In this document: positions 9,487 through 20,321 of the stretch, piece by piece
Position numbering within the stretch: position 1 is the first letter of the stretch
How the letters are laid out: the number at the start of each line of letters is the position of its first letter
Assembly (NCBI GenBank): GCA_003250355.1
Contig: QKGS01000069.1
Span: 21,411 to 85,410, forward strand
From: Bacteroidota bacterium
GTDB lineage: Bacteria; Bacteroidota; Bacteroidia; Bacteroidales; SZUA-534
Length of the DNA stretch: 64,000 bases
Direction of reading: 5' to 3'
Translations under genes and position numbers: made by a program
The notes under the pieces: model-generated
What the model saw: only the letters and a program-made list of their open reading frames with translations
Databases searched by the model: none
What the model was told of the DNA's origin: nothing

Positions 9487-10548
9487 ATGAAGTTATCGAA
9501 ATTTAATTTCTCACTACCCGAAGAGCTTATAGCTCTACACCCGGCTGATAACAGAGATGAATCGCGTTTAATGGTTATAAACCGAAAAAATGGGACCATT
9601 GAACACAAGGTTTTTAAAGATATAATTGATTATTTCGATGATCAGGATGTATTTATTTTTAACAATACTAAAGTTTTTCCTGCCCGCCTTTATGGAAACA
9701 AGGAAAAAACAGGTGCAAAAATTGAAGTATTCCTACTTCGTGAGTTAAACCGTGAACAACGCCTGTGGGATGTACTTGTAGACCCTGCACGAAAAATACG
9801 TATTGGCAATAAACTATATTTTGGCGAAGAAGATGATGAAAGCGAAATGATGGTTGCCGAGGTAATAGACAATACAACATCGAGAGGCCGTACACTACGT
9901 TTCTTGTACGATGGCCCTTACGATGAATTTAAGAATAAACTTTATAGCTTGGGCGAAACTCCGCTGCCAAAGTTTATTAACCGCGACGTGCTTCCCGAAG
10001 ATAAAGAGAGATACCAAACAATATTTGCAAAACACGAAGGTGCTGTTGCAGCACCAACAGCCGGATTACACTTTAGCCGCGAGTTGTTAAAACGTTTTGA
10101 AATAAAAGGTATCGACTTTGCTGAAGTTACACTTCATGTTGGTTTAGGTAATTTCCGCAGTGTTGATGTTGAAGACCTTACCAAACATAAAATGGATTCA
10201 GAACAAATTATTGTTAGTGAGGAAGCTGCTCAAATTGTTAATAATGCAAAAGAGCTTAAAAAGCAAATATGTGCAGTAGGTACTACTGTAATGAGAACTA
10301 TTGAAAGCTCTGTATCAACACAGGGTCACTTAAACCCTTACGAAGGTTGGACTAATAAATTTATATTCCCCCCTTACGATTTTAGTGTAGCTACATCAAT
10401 GGTATCGAACTTTCACCTGCCCCTTTCAACATTACTAATGATGGTATCAGCTTTTGCCGGCTACGATTTACTAATGGAAGGCTACAATCAGGCTATTAAA
10501 GAGAAATATCGTTTTGGTACTTATGGTGATGCTATGTTGATAATATAA
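9487..10548 (+). CDS. queA: S-adenosylmethionine:tRNA ribosyltransferase-isomerase
   Basis: 353 aa with [24 protein letters not shown] and GTYGDAMLI at the C-terminus. Confidence 0.9.
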   Translation: MKLSKFNFSLPEELIALHPADNRDESRLMVINRKNGTIEHKVFKDIIDYFDDQDVFIFNNTKVFPARLYGNKEKTGAKIEVFLLRELNREQRLWDVLVDPARKIRIGNKLYFGEEDDESEMMVAEVIDNTTSRGRTLRFLYDGPYDEFKNKLYSLGETPLPKFINRDVLPEDKERYQTIFAKHEGAVAAPTAGLHFSRELLKRFEIKGIDFAEVTLHVGLGNFRSVDVEDLTKHKMDSEQIIVSEEAAQIVNNAKELKKQICAVGTTVMRTIESSVSTQGHLNPYEGWTNKFIFPPYDFSVATSMVSNFHLPLSTLLMMVSAFAGYDLLMEGYNQAIKEKYRFGTYGDAMLII

Positions 10549-10572
10549 TAATACCATTATATAATAAAAAAG

Positions 10573-10600
10573 GCGGCACAATTTTGTGTCGCTTTTTTTT
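10573..10600 (+). terminator. rho-independent terminator of queA
   Basis: GCGGCACA (10573-10580), loop ATTT, TGTGTCGC (10585-10592, one G-U pair), then T8 (10593-10600). Confidence 0.75.
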
Positions 10601-10742
10601 ATTATACAAACAGGTTTGTTCTCTTTTGTCATTAATATTATGCTGTTAAACAAATAATTGTATCCTTTTGTATTATAAATAGTAAGAGTATAAAATGATA
10701 ATATTTTTTACTAATTTTAGTACCGTCCAAAAATAAAACAAT

Positions 10743-13700
10743 ATGGTCTATCGGAATAATTCATATGTAAAAAAAACTATTCGAACTGTACTCTTATTTA
10801 TCGTGTTATTGCAGTTTAATAATTTAATACACGCTCAATATATAAAATTTGAACATATTGAAGGCTTACCTTCAAAAGATATACTCGACGTAATAAAAGA
10901 TAAATACGGTTTTATCTGGGTAGCTCACGAGAGTGGAGTTGCCCGATACGATGGATATGAATTTAAAGAATACGATATAAGCGAAAGTAATCCTAATAAA
11001 CTAGGGCTGGAAGCTGTATGGGTGGCATATATCGATAAAAAAGAAAGATTATGGTTGGCAGGAGGAAACAACGGTTGTGCTAGATATAATTATGAAAAAG
11101 ATAAGTTTTATACATACAGTACTTATGGCGATGAGAATGAATTATTAAAACATGCTAAAACATTTGCAGAAGATAAAAATGGAACTTTGTGGGTAGGTGC
11201 TTTAGGAGGAATCTATTATTTCGATGAAGAGAGTAATAAATTCATAAAACCCCGTTATATTTCAGAGTCGGGCGAAGGGTTGGGAGCTACTGCTATTCAA
11301 AAAATATTTGCCGATACTAGCAATATTTTATGGTTAGGCGATGGTTTTAGAAATGTATTTCAGTACAATATAGCAACTAAGAAATTATTGCGCTATAAAG
11401 ATGGTTTTTTTAAAGAGCGTGGATATTCTCCGGGTAACTTATTAGATATATACAAAGACAGTAAAGGCTATATGTGGTTTAGTGGAGAAGATGTAGCTAT
11501 TAAGTTGAATCCACACACCGGACAACAAGAAAGCTTTGCCAACAAATTGGTAAATGCTAAAAAAGCTACTCATACAATTGAAGACTCTAAAGGTAATATG
11601 TGGTTTTCGGCAGGGGGTATCTCTGTTTATAATCCTCGAACAGGTAAAACAAAGTTTTTAGTTCACAACGATCAAGATCCGGAATCGTTAAGCAGCGATG
11701 TTACAAATAAAATATATATCGACAATCAGGGGGTATTCTGGATTGGAACATGGTATGGCGGATTAAATATTTACAATAGCAGTAAAAAACCATTTATTCA
11801 GCTTAAATCTATTATTTGCAATAAGAGTACAATTTCAAATAATATTGTTCATTGTTTTTATGAAGATGATAGTGGAAATATTTGGATTGGAACCGAAGAC
11901 GGTTATTTGAACAAAATGGATACCGATGGTACTATAGAGCAATTTTATGACCCTGAAATGACAGTAAATGAGGCTTTGACAGGTATTGCAAAAGGTAAAA
12001 ACAATGAGCTTATATTAGGAACGTGGGGTAGCCTTAAAGTGTTTAATACACAAACAAAAACATTTAAACGGATAATTGAAGGAATGCTAATACCCAGCCT
12101 AATTAATGACACTGAAGGAAGAGTATGGTTTGGTGCTTCAAACGAAGGTCTTATTGAGTTTGATATAAATACATATAAAATTAAAAGTCATACTAAAGAG
12201 GCTAGAGGCGAATGCCATGAGGATGTCTATTTTTTACGTAATATTTCAACCGATACATATGGTAATATTTGGGTAGTGGCATGGGCAGCATTGGTAAAAT
12301 ATAATATTAAGGAACAATGTTTTTATAAAGTAAGACAAAATAGTTCCGATCCCCATTCATTGCCCGATGGTCAAATATATTGTTGTTATCAGGATAGTAA
12401 AAACAGGATTTGGGTAGGGCACACTAAGGGAATAGGATTATATAATATGAAAGATGATTATATAATGAATTTTGGGCAATCGCTCGGATTAAAAGGCTCA
12501 AAAGTAAATGCTATTGTTGAAGACGATTCATGCAATTTATGGCTTTCGACCGATAAAGGGATTTCAAAATTTTGCCTCCCTGCTAAAGTGTTAAATATTG
12601 ACAAAAATTCAGCTTATATTGATTCATTGCCCGATAATTATGTTTATTTCTACAATTACAGCAAAGATGATGGTATAAACAATGAAAGGTTTATGAATGG
12701 GAAGCTTCGAGCTTCAACAGGCGATATTTATTTTGGAGGAACTAAGGGAATTAACGTTTTTAATCCGAATAAAATTAATCCCGATACAGTAATATCACCA
12801 ATAAGGTTCATTGAATTAAGTATTTTTAATAAAACAGTAAAACCTAAAGACAAAGATAATCCCGACTCTCCGCTCGAAAAAGATATAATATTGAGTAATG
12901 AGATAACTCTTAATCATAATCATTATATCTTCTCTATAAAGTGGTCAGCATTAAATTTTTATTCTACACATAAGGTTGAATATAAATATATGCTCGAAGG
13001 ATTAGAAAATGAATGGAACTATGTTGGTACTCAGCGCGAGGCTCATTTTACCGGATTACGCCCCGGAAATTACAAGTTACGTGTTATGGCTACCAATTCC
13101 GACGGATTATGGAATGTTGATGAAGCAACACTTAAAATTACAATATTGCCCCCTTGGTGGGCAACTTTGTGGTTTAGAATATTGTTTGGAGTATTTATAG
13201 TTGGAATAGTATATTTTTATTATATAATTAGAATTAAAGCACTAACTAAACAAAAGAAAATGCTTCAACAACAAGTTGAACTAAGGACAAAAGACCTTCA
13301 ACAGGTAAATGCTTCAAAAGATAAATTCTTTTCAATAATTGCTCATGATCTAAAAAATCCGTTTAACATAATATTGGGATACAGCAATATTTTAATGAAA
13401 AGCCACAAAGATTTTGCAGAGTCTGATAAGGTTGATATGTATAAAAAAATATACTATGCAACAGAAAAAACACATAACCTTCTCGATAATTTGCTTACCT
13501 GGTCTCGTTCACAATCGGGCAAAATAACCTACAAACCTGAACATTTTTCAGTTCAAGAGTATGTTTGCAATAATATATTTTTACAGTACGATGTGTCTAA
13601 GAAAAAAGAGATTATAATTGATAATGAAATAGAACCCGGTTTAGTTGCTTATGCCGACCTTAATACATCTGACACTGTGTTACGGAATCTTTTGTCAAAT

Positions 13701-14021
13701 GCTATCAAATTTACTCGCGAAAAAGGAAGTATTACAGTTTTGGCAAGCAAAGCGATAATTAATGGAAAGAACTATATAAAAATATCGGTTAAAGATAATG
13801 GGGTAGGTATGTCTGTCGATATAGTACAAAACCTTTTTAGTATTGATAAAAGCACTACTTCGCTTGGCACTAATAAAGAACAGGGTACCGGACTGGGGCT
13901 TATTTTATGCAAGGAGTTTGTTAACAATAATGGAGGCGATATTTGGGTTGAAAGTGAAAAAGGAAAAGGTAGTACCTTTACATTTACATTGCCCGAAGGG
14001 CAAACAATAATGTATACATAA
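10743..14021 (+). CDS. sensor histidine kinase with periplasmic two-component-regulator propeller repeats and Y_Y_Y domain; no receiver or HTH
   Basis: 1092 aa. It has a signal/TM, about 750 aa of repeated WVGT/WIGT propeller-type motifs, and a TM (WWATLWFRILFGVFIVGIVYFYYII). It also has an H-box (FFSIIAHDLKNP), N-box (LLSNAIKFT), and G-boxes (DNGVGM, GTGLGL). The protein ends right after the HATPase domain. Confidence 0.8.
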   Translation: MVYRNNSYVKKTIRTVLLFIVLLQFNNLIHAQYIKFEHIEGLPSKDILDVIKDKYGFIWVAHESGVARYDGYEFKEYDISESNPNKLGLEAVWVAYIDKKERLWLAGGNNGCARYNYEKDKFYTYSTYGDENELLKHAKTFAEDKNGTLWVGALGGIYYFDEESNKFIKPRYISESGEGLGATAIQKIFADTSNILWLGDGFRNVFQYNIATKKLLRYKDGFFKERGYSPGNLLDIYKDSKGYMWFSGEDVAIKLNPHTGQQESFANKLVNAKKATHTIEDSKGNMWFSAGGISVYNPRTGKTKFLVHNDQDPESLSSDVTNKIYIDNQGVFWIGTWYGGLNIYNSSKKPFIQLKSIICNKSTISNNIVHCFYEDDSGNIWIGTEDGYLNKMDTDGTIEQFYDPEMTVNEALTGIAKGKNNELILGTWGSLKVFNTQTKTFKRIIEGMLIPSLINDTEGRVWFGASNEGLIEFDINTYKIKSHTKEARGECHEDVYFLRNISTDTYGNIWVVAWAALVKYNIKEQCFYKVRQNSSDPHSLPDGQIYCCYQDSKNRIWVGHTKGIGLYNMKDDYIMNFGQSLGLKGSKVNAIVEDDSCNLWLSTDKGISKFCLPAKVLNIDKNSAYIDSLPDNYVYFYNYSKDDGINNERFMNGKLRASTGDIYFGGTKGINVFNPNKINPDTVISPIRFIELSIFNKTVKPKDKDNPDSPLEKDIILSNEITLNHNHYIFSIKWSALNFYSTHKVEYKYMLEGLENEWNYVGTQREAHFTGLRPGNYKLRVMATNSDGLWNVDEATLKITILPPWWATLWFRILFGVFIVGIVYFYYIIRIKALTKQKKMLQQQVELRTKDLQQVNASKDKFFSIIAHDLKNPFNIILGYSNILMKSHKDFAESDKVDMYKKIYYATEKTHNLLDNLLTWSRSQSGKITYKPEHFSVQEYVCNNIFLQYDVSKKKEIIIDNEIEPGLVAYADLNTSDTVLRNLLSNAIKFTREKGSITVLASKAIINGKNYIKISVKDNGVGMSVDIVQNLFSIDKSTTSLGTNKEQGTGLGLILCKEFVNNNGGDIWVESEKGKGSTFTFTLPEGQTIMYT

Positions 14022-14145
14022 TAATCCGAAAATATAAAATAACGCTCTAATACCCTCATTATTAATAACTGCAAGTCATATAATATGTGAATATTAGTGT
14101 TTATTTAACCTCCTTTTCTCCCTTGCAAAATCAACAATCAACTTA

Positions 14146-14153
14146 TATATTTG
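14146..14153 (+). promoter_or_regulatory. Bacteroidota -7 promoter box (TATATTTG)
   Basis: Matches TAnnTTTG, 35 nt upstream of the ileS ATG at 14188. Confidence 0.45.
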
Positions 14154-14187
14154 CAGCTTCAAAATTTTGACATAAAAATCCAAAGCA

Positions 14188-17100
14188 ATGAGCAATAAAT
14201 TTCCTGAATACAAGCAACTTAACCTATCACAGGTAAATAAGGATGTGTTAAAGGAATGGAAAGACGATGACACTTTCCATAAAAGCATGACTACCCGTGC
14301 CGAAAAAGAGACTTTTGTATTCTTTGAAGGCCCCCCTTCTGCCAACGGACAGCCGGGTATTCACCACGTTATGGCTCGTACTATTAAAGATATATTTTGC
14401 CGATACAAAACTCTTCAGGGATACCTGGTAAAACGTAAAGCAGGCTGGGATACTCACGGCCTTCCGGTTGAGCTTGGTGTTGAAAAAATGCTTGGCATTA
14501 CTAAAGAAGATATCGGAAAAAAAGTATCGGTCGATGAATATAACGAAGCTTGTCGCAAAGAGGTTATGAAATATACCGATATGTGGCAAGACCTTACCAC
14601 TAAAATGGGTTACTGGGTTAACATGGACGACCCTTATATTACCTACGATAACCGCTATATTGAATCGGTTTGGCAGTTATTAAAACAAATTTTCGATAAA
14701 AACTTATTATACAAAGGTTACACTATTCAACCTTACTCGCCTGCTGCCGGCACAGGATTGTCAACTCACGAACTTAACCAACCGGGTTGCTATCGCGATG
14801 TTAAAGACACTACTGCTACTGTTCAGTTCTCAGTTATTCTGAACGAAAAGAGTCAATTCCTGTTTGAAGCAAATGAGCAAGTGTCAATAATGGCGTGGAC
14901 TACTACCCCATGGACACTACCATCGAATACAGCTCTTTGTGTGGGACCTAAAATTAAATACGTAAAAGTAAAATCGTTCAACCCATACACAGGAACTCCT
15001 ATTTCGGTTATTTTGGCTAAAGACTTGGTTAAAAATTATTTTAACCCCAAAAATGCCGAACTAAAACTTGACGATTACAACGAAGGCGATAAAAATATAC
15101 CATATAAAATAGTAGCTGAATACACAGGAACCGATCTTGAAGGGGTTTGCTACGAACAGCTCATCCCTTGGATTAAGCCTATGGGCGATGCTTTCCGTGT
15201 TATTACAGGCGATTTTGTAACCACCGAAGATGGTACCGGTATAGTACACATTGCTCCAACATTTGGTGCCGACGACGACCGTGTAGCTAAAGCTGCCGGT
15301 ATTGCACCGCTTATTCTAATAGACAAAGACGGCAACCGCCGCCCTATGGTTGATATGGCCGGTAAGTTTTATTTAATTAACGACCTCGATACCACTTTCG
15401 TAAATAATTATGTAAACACAAACAGTTATTCAGAATTTGCCGGAAGGTATGTTAAAAATGCTTACGACGATTCACTTACCGAAAACGACAACACTATTGA
15501 TGTAGATATTTCGGTAATGCTAAAGAAAGAAAATAAAGCATTTAAAGTTGAAAAACATACTCACAACTATCCTCACTGTTGGCGTACCGATAAACCCGTA
15601 TTGTACTATCCACTCGATAGCTGGTTTATTAAAACCACCGCTATTAAAGACAGAATGATAGAGCTTAACAAAACTATAAACTGGAAACCGCAAAGTACCG
15701 GCGAAGGACGATTTGGCAAATGGCTCGAAAACCTTGTCGATTGGAATTTAAGCCGCTCACGGTACTGGGGAACACCCCTTCCGGTATGGCGTACCGACGA
15801 TGGTAGCGAAACTATATGCATAGGTTCTATGGAAGAGCTAATGACTAAAATTGAAGAGTCTATTGAAAAAGGGTATATGGATAAAAACCCTTATCAGGGA
15901 TTTGAAGTAGGTAACTATACTAAACAGAACTACGAAAAAATAGACCTTCACCGCCCGTATGTCGATGATATTGTACTTGTTTCTGAAAATGGACATAAAA
16001 TGTTCCGTGAAAAAGACCTTATTGACGTTTGGTTCGACTCAGGTGCTATGCCTTATGCTCAATGGCACTGGCCGTTTGAAAATAAAGATAGTTTCAACGA
16101 ACTGTTCCCTGCCAATTTCATTGCAGAAGGGGTTGACCAAACCCGCGGTTGGTTCTTTACGCTTCATGCCATATCTACAATGATAAAAGATGGCGTAGCA
16201 TTTAAAAATATTATTTCAAATGGGCTGGTACTTGACAAAACAGGAGCTAAGATGAGTAAGCGACTCGGCAACGCTGTTGACCCGTTCGATACTATTGAAG
16301 AATATGGTTCCGACCCATTGCGCTGGTATATGATAACCAATGCCCAACCATGGGATAACCTTAAATTCGATATTGAAGGCGTTGACGAAGCAAAGCGTAA
16401 ATTCTTTGGTACACTTTACAATACCTATGGGTTCTTTGCCCTTTATGCCAATGTTGACGGATTCAAATACAGCGAAGCTGAAATTCCGTTAAACGAACGC
16501 CCCGAAATAGACCGTTGGATAATTTCGTTACTCAATTCCTTAATTTTAGAAGTAAACGAAGCTTATGAAAGTTACGAACCTACACGAGCAGGTAGAGCAA
16601 TTCAAAATTTTGTTATCGATAATTTAAGTAACTGGTATGTTCGTTTGAATCGTAAACGCTTCTGGGGTGGCGAATATGCACAAGATAAAATTGCTGCATA
16701 CCAAACACTTTATACCTGTTTAGAAACAGTGGCAATACTTTCATCGCCTATAGCTCCATTTTACAGCGATCGCTTGTATAAAGATTTGAATAAAGCAACC
16801 GGTAAAGACGCTAACAGCAGTGTACATATTGCCTATTTCCCTAAAGCAAATAAATCAGCTATTGATACACAATTGGAAGAGCGCATGAATATGGCTCAGC
16901 GTATTTCGTCAATGGTACTTGGGTTACGACGCAAAGAGAGCCTAAAAGTGCGTCAGCCTCTTAACAAAATTATGATACCTGTACTTAACGAAAATACCGC
17001 TAAACAAGTCGATGCTGTAAAAGATATTATACTTTCTGAGGTTAATATTAAAACCATTGAATATCTCGATGATGCATCGGGGGTTTTGGTAAAAAAAATA

Positions 17101-17619
17101 AAACCTAATTTCAAAGAATTAGGGCCAAAGTATGGTAAAATAATGAAGCAAATAGCTGCCTCAGTTGGTGAAATGACACAGGTAGATATTGCAACTTTGG
17201 AAAAAACAGGTCAGTTTAATTTAACGGTTCAGGGCGAGGCAGTTTTATTGTCAACTGCCGATGTTGATATTACTTCAGAAGATATACCCGGTTGGTTGGT
17301 TGCATCGGAAGGTTCTCTTACAGTTGCTCTCGATATAACTGTAACAGAGGAACTTCGCAATGAAGGTTATGCACGTGAATTTATTAACAGAATACAAAAT
17401 ATACGTAAAGAAAGCGGCTTTGAAGTAACCGATAAAGTAAACATAAAAATAGTAAAACACGATACTTTTAATGCTGCTATATCTACATTTAACAGTTATA
17501 TAGCAACACAAACTTTAGCAAATTCAATAGAATTAGTTGAAAAACTAGAACAAAATAGTGTTAAAAACGTAGAGATAGAAGAGGGGGTAACAACAGATAT
17601 CCTTATAGAGAAAGTGTAA
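14188..17619 (+). CDS. ileS: isoleucine--tRNA ligase
   Basis: 1143 aa with the class I motifs PSANGQPGIHH (HIGH-like) and KMSKRLGN (KMSKS). Confidence 0.95.
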   Translation: MSNKFPEYKQLNLSQVNKDVLKEWKDDDTFHKSMTTRAEKETFVFFEGPPSANGQPGIHHVMARTIKDIFCRYKTLQGYLVKRKAGWDTHGLPVELGVEKMLGITKEDIGKKVSVDEYNEACRKEVMKYTDMWQDLTTKMGYWVNMDDPYITYDNRYIESVWQLLKQIFDKNLLYKGYTIQPYSPAAGTGLSTHELNQPGCYRDVKDTTATVQFSVILNEKSQFLFEANEQVSIMAWTTTPWTLPSNTALCVGPKIKYVKVKSFNPYTGTPISVILAKDLVKNYFNPKNAELKLDDYNEGDKNIPYKIVAEYTGTDLEGVCYEQLIPWIKPMGDAFRVITGDFVTTEDGTGIVHIAPTFGADDDRVAKAAGIAPLILIDKDGNRRPMVDMAGKFYLINDLDTTFVNNYVNTNSYSEFAGRYVKNAYDDSLTENDNTIDVDISVMLKKENKAFKVEKHTHNYPHCWRTDKPVLYYPLDSWFIKTTAIKDRMIELNKTINWKPQSTGEGRFGKWLENLVDWNLSRSRYWGTPLPVWRTDDGSETICIGSMEELMTKIEESIEKGYMDKNPYQGFEVGNYTKQNYEKIDLHRPYVDDIVLVSENGHKMFREKDLIDVWFDSGAMPYAQWHWPFENKDSFNELFPANFIAEGVDQTRGWFFTLHAISTMIKDGVAFKNIISNGLVLDKTGAKMSKRLGNAVDPFDTIEEYGSDPLRWYMITNAQPWDNLKFDIEGVDEAKRKFFGTLYNTYGFFALYANVDGFKYSEAEIPLNERPEIDRWIISLLNSLILEVNEAYESYEPTRAGRAIQNFVIDNLSNWYVRLNRKRFWGGEYAQDKIAAYQTLYTCLETVAILSSPIAPFYSDRLYKDLNKATGKDANSSVHIAYFPKANKSAIDTQLEERMNMAQRISSMVLGLRRKESLKVRQPLNKIMIPVLNENTAKQVDAVKDIILSEVNIKTIEYLDDASGVLVKKIKPNFKELGPKYGKIMKQIAASVGEMTQVDIATLEKTGQFNLTVQGEAVLLSTADVDITSEDIPGWLVASEGSLTVALDITVTEELRNEGYAREFINRIQNIRKESGFEVTDKVNIKIVKHDTFNAAISTFNSYIATQTLANSIELVEKLEQNSVKNVEIEEGVTTDILIEKV

Positions 17620-17732
17620 ATAAAGGTTTATACCCAAACGTAAATGTTAATAACTTTACAGTAAGAATTATTTAACACTGCTATCGGAGTATCTAAATTT
17701 TATTATTTTGTGGCACTTAAAAATTTGGAACT

Positions 17733-18119
17733 ATGGCAGAAGAAAAGAAGAAGAACCGATATTCAGATGAAGAATTAGCTGAATTCAAGCAGATTATTAA
17801 CGACAAGCTTGCAAAAGCTCAGGAAGATTACGATACATTAAAGAGTGCACTTTCACATTCCGACGGCAATGATACGCTCGATACTTCACCTACATTTAAA
17901 GTTCTTGAAGAGGGTGCAATGGTGTTGTCGCGCGAAGAAACCGGAAAACTGGCTCAACGTCAGGAGAAATTTATTACACACCTGAAAGCAGCTCTTATTC
18001 GTATTGAAAATAAAACTTACGGCATTTGTCGTGAAACAGGAAATTTAATTTCAAAAGAGCGTTTACGTGCAGTACCTCATGCTACACTAAGTATTGATGC
18101 TAAAATGAATCAAAAGTAG
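17733..18119 (+). CDS. DksA/TraR-family protein (Cys4 zinc finger not intact)
   Basis: 128 aa with a coiled-coil N-terminus. The C-terminal YGICRETGNLISKERLRAVPHATLS matches the DksA C-terminal region. The conserved order ileS-dksA-like-lspA supports the call. Confidence 0.7.
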   Translation: MAEEKKKNRYSDEELAEFKQIINDKLAKAQEDYDTLKSALSHSDGNDTLDTSPTFKVLEEGAMVLSREETGKLAQRQEKFITHLKAALIRIENKTYGICRETGNLISKERLRAVPHATLSIDAKMNQK

Positions 18120-18136
18120 ATTTCAAACAAATATGC

Positions 18137-18144
18137 TATATTTG
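18137..18144 (+). promoter_or_regulatory. possible -7 promoter box (TATATTTG)
   Basis: Matches TAnnTTTG and lies just inside the track's extended lspA ORF, 43 nt upstream of the ATG at 18187. Confidence 0.3.
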
Positions 18145-18186
18145 AGGGGGACAAAGTTCCCCTTTTTTAATTTTAATATTACTTCA

Positions 18187-18795
18187 ATGTCAAAAGGAAA
18201 AATATCGGTATTGGTTATACTGGGAGTGTTATTATTTGACCAGATTGTGAAAATATATATAAAAACACACTGGATGATAGGTCAGGAACAAAAAGTGTTT
18301 GGCGACTGGTTTATTCTTCATTTTGTAGAAAACCCCGGTATGGCATTTGGCCTTGAATTTGCCGGTAAGGCAGGTAAGTATATTCTTAGCATTTTTAGAA
18401 TAGCAGCAGTTAGTTTAATAGCTTTCTATATTTTAAGGGTAATAAGAAAGAATCTGCCGGTGGGTTATCTTATATCGGTATGCTTAGTGTTTGCAGGGGC
18501 AACAGGCAATATTATCGACTCATTGTTTTATGGGTTAGTGTTTGACCATAGTTACTACCAGGTAGCACAATTTTTACCCGATGCCGGAGGATATGCCGGG
18601 TTTTTACAAGGTAAAGTTGTTGATATGTTATATTTCCCTATAATTAAAGGGCATTGGCCTTCTTGGTCACCAATTAATCCGTCAGAGCAGTTTATATTCT
18701 TTAGTCCTGTATTTAATATTGCCGATTCTGCTATAACTATTGGAATGGGAATTATTCTAATTTTCCATAGAAAGGTACTTCAGAAAGAACTTTAA
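18187..18795 (+). CDS. lspA: lipoprotein signal peptidase II
   Basis: About 202 aa counted from MSKGKISVLVILG. Motifs: FVENPGMAFG, GNIIDS, VVDMLYF and FNIADS. The 18 aa added by the track start (18133) look non-native. Confidence 0.85.
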   Translation: MSKGKISVLVILGVLLFDQIVKIYIKTHWMIGQEQKVFGDWFILHFVENPGMAFGLEFAGKAGKYILSIFRIAAVSLIAFYILRVIRKNLPVGYLISVCLVFAGATGNIIDSLFYGLVFDHSYYQVAQFLPDAGGYAGFLQGKVVDMLYFPIIKGHWPSWSPINPSEQFIFFSPVFNIADSAITIGMGIILIFHRKVLQKEL

Positions 18796-18889
18796 TAAAT
18801 ATTGATTCCCCTATCTCAAAGTAGATATTAAATGTTTTATAAATACATCTGATTTTGTGTTTTTTTAGTCTATTTTGAAGTTAATTATT

Positions 18890-20221
18890 ATGAACTGGAA
18901 ACAACTTTTATCACCTGCCAGATTTGGTCAACCTGTTACTCATTTGTCAGAACCACAGCATTTGCGTAGCGAGTTTCAACGCGATTATGACAGGATAATA
19001 TTTTCATCGCCGTTTCGCCGATTGCAAAATAAAACTCAGGTATTCCCTTTGCCGGGAAGTGTGTTTGTTCACAACCGACTAACACATAGCCTTGAGGTTG
19101 CAAGTGTTGGGCGGTCGCTAGGAAATATGGTTGCTACAACCCTTGCAGCTAAATACGATAATGAAATAGTAACTTACCTCAATGAGATAGGCACTATTGT
19201 TTCTACTGCAAGTTTGGCTCACGATTTAGGGAATCCTCCTTTTGGTCACTCGGGCGAAAAAGCTATCTCTGCTTATTTTGAAAAAGGGAATGGAGCAAAG
19301 TATAAAAATAAAGTAACTCAGGAGCAATGGACAGATTTGTTGGCATTTGAAGGCAATGCAAATGCGCTCAGACTATTAACACATCAATTCAATGGTCGGC
19401 GTGCCGGTGGATATGCTCTTACATTTGCAACTTTAGCTGCGCTAATAAAATATCCATTCCCTTCAGTTCTTAATGAAAAAAAGAAAAAGTACGGATATTT
19501 CGTCTCAGAAAAAGAAGCTTTTGAACAGATTGCTAAAACAACCGGATTAATTGAACATACCGATATAAAAGGAAAATATTGCCGGCATCCGTTGGTATAT
19601 CTGGTTGAAGCTGCCGACGATATTTCATATCAGATTATGGATATTGAAGATGCCCATAAGCTAAATATTTTTTCAACCGAAAAAACCATTGAACTCTTAA
19701 TGCTTTTTTTTAACAGCAACGGCGATTCTTGGTTTTACAAAAAGAAGCATGAAATATTTGAGCAGGTTACCGACAACAACGAGCGTATTGCTTTTTTACG
19801 AGCATCGGTTATCAATAAACTTGTAAACAAATGTGCTGATACTTTCTGCAATAATGAAAATGCTATTTTGCAAGGTAAATTCACCGGTTCACTAGTCGAT
19901 TATTTAGATTCTAAAACCGCCGAAGCAGCAAATATATGTGCCGATATTAGCTTTCGCGAAATATATAACCACAAGTCGGTAGTTGAGATTGAAATAACCG
20001 GGTACAATGTATTGTCGACACTGGTGGATGAGTTTACAACGGCTGCTTTCGACCCTGATAGCAACTATTCAAAAAAGCTGTTGGCATTATTGCCAATGCA
20101 ATACCGTACCAAAAGCAACGATACTTATTTGCAATTACGCTCAATTCTCGATTTTATTTCCGGAATGACCGATTTGTATGCGATGGAATTATATAAGCTT
20201 ATTAGGGGAATAGGTGTGTAG
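18890..20221 (+). CDS. dgt: dGTP triphosphohydrolase-like HD-domain protein
   Basis: Motifs: FQRDYDRIIFSSPFRRLQNKTQV, HNRLTHSLEV and AHDLGNPPFGH. The ATG at 18890 is preferred over the track's TTG at 18875. Confidence 0.85.
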   Translation: MNWKQLLSPARFGQPVTHLSEPQHLRSEFQRDYDRIIFSSPFRRLQNKTQVFPLPGSVFVHNRLTHSLEVASVGRSLGNMVATTLAAKYDNEIVTYLNEIGTIVSTASLAHDLGNPPFGHSGEKAISAYFEKGNGAKYKNKVTQEQWTDLLAFEGNANALRLLTHQFNGRRAGGYALTFATLAALIKYPFPSVLNEKKKKYGYFVSEKEAFEQIAKTTGLIEHTDIKGKYCRHPLVYLVEAADDISYQIMDIEDAHKLNIFSTEKTIELLMLFFNSNGDSWFYKKKHEIFEQVTDNNERIAFLRASVINKLVNKCADTFCNNENAILQGKFTGSLVDYLDSKTAEAANICADISFREIYNHKSVVEIEITGYNVLSTLVDEFTTAAFDPDSNYSKKLLALLPMQYRTKSNDTYLQLRSILDFISGMTDLYAMELYKLIRGIGV

Positions 20222-20321
20222 GAAGTAAGTATTCAGAATTTTTAATCCTATTACGAAAACCAAATTGGCATTAGTATTTTAAACTATTGAACCTTGAACT
20301 TTTGAATAAGCAAGGTAAAAA

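Noticed and set aside
14022-14187. Possible T-box or other leader upstream of ileS.
   Set aside because: The spacer is short and AT-rich. It has a promoter-like TATATTTG 35 nt from the ATG and no specifier, terminator or antiterminator structure. The ORFs 13772..14074 and 14094..14345 on the minus strand are judged spurious.
18890-20221. dGTPase as a possible anti-phage nucleotide-depletion defence gene.
   Set aside because: It sits in a housekeeping run (ileS, dksA-like, lspA, dgt) with no mobile or defence-island neighbours. It looks like the ordinary chromosomal dgt homolog.
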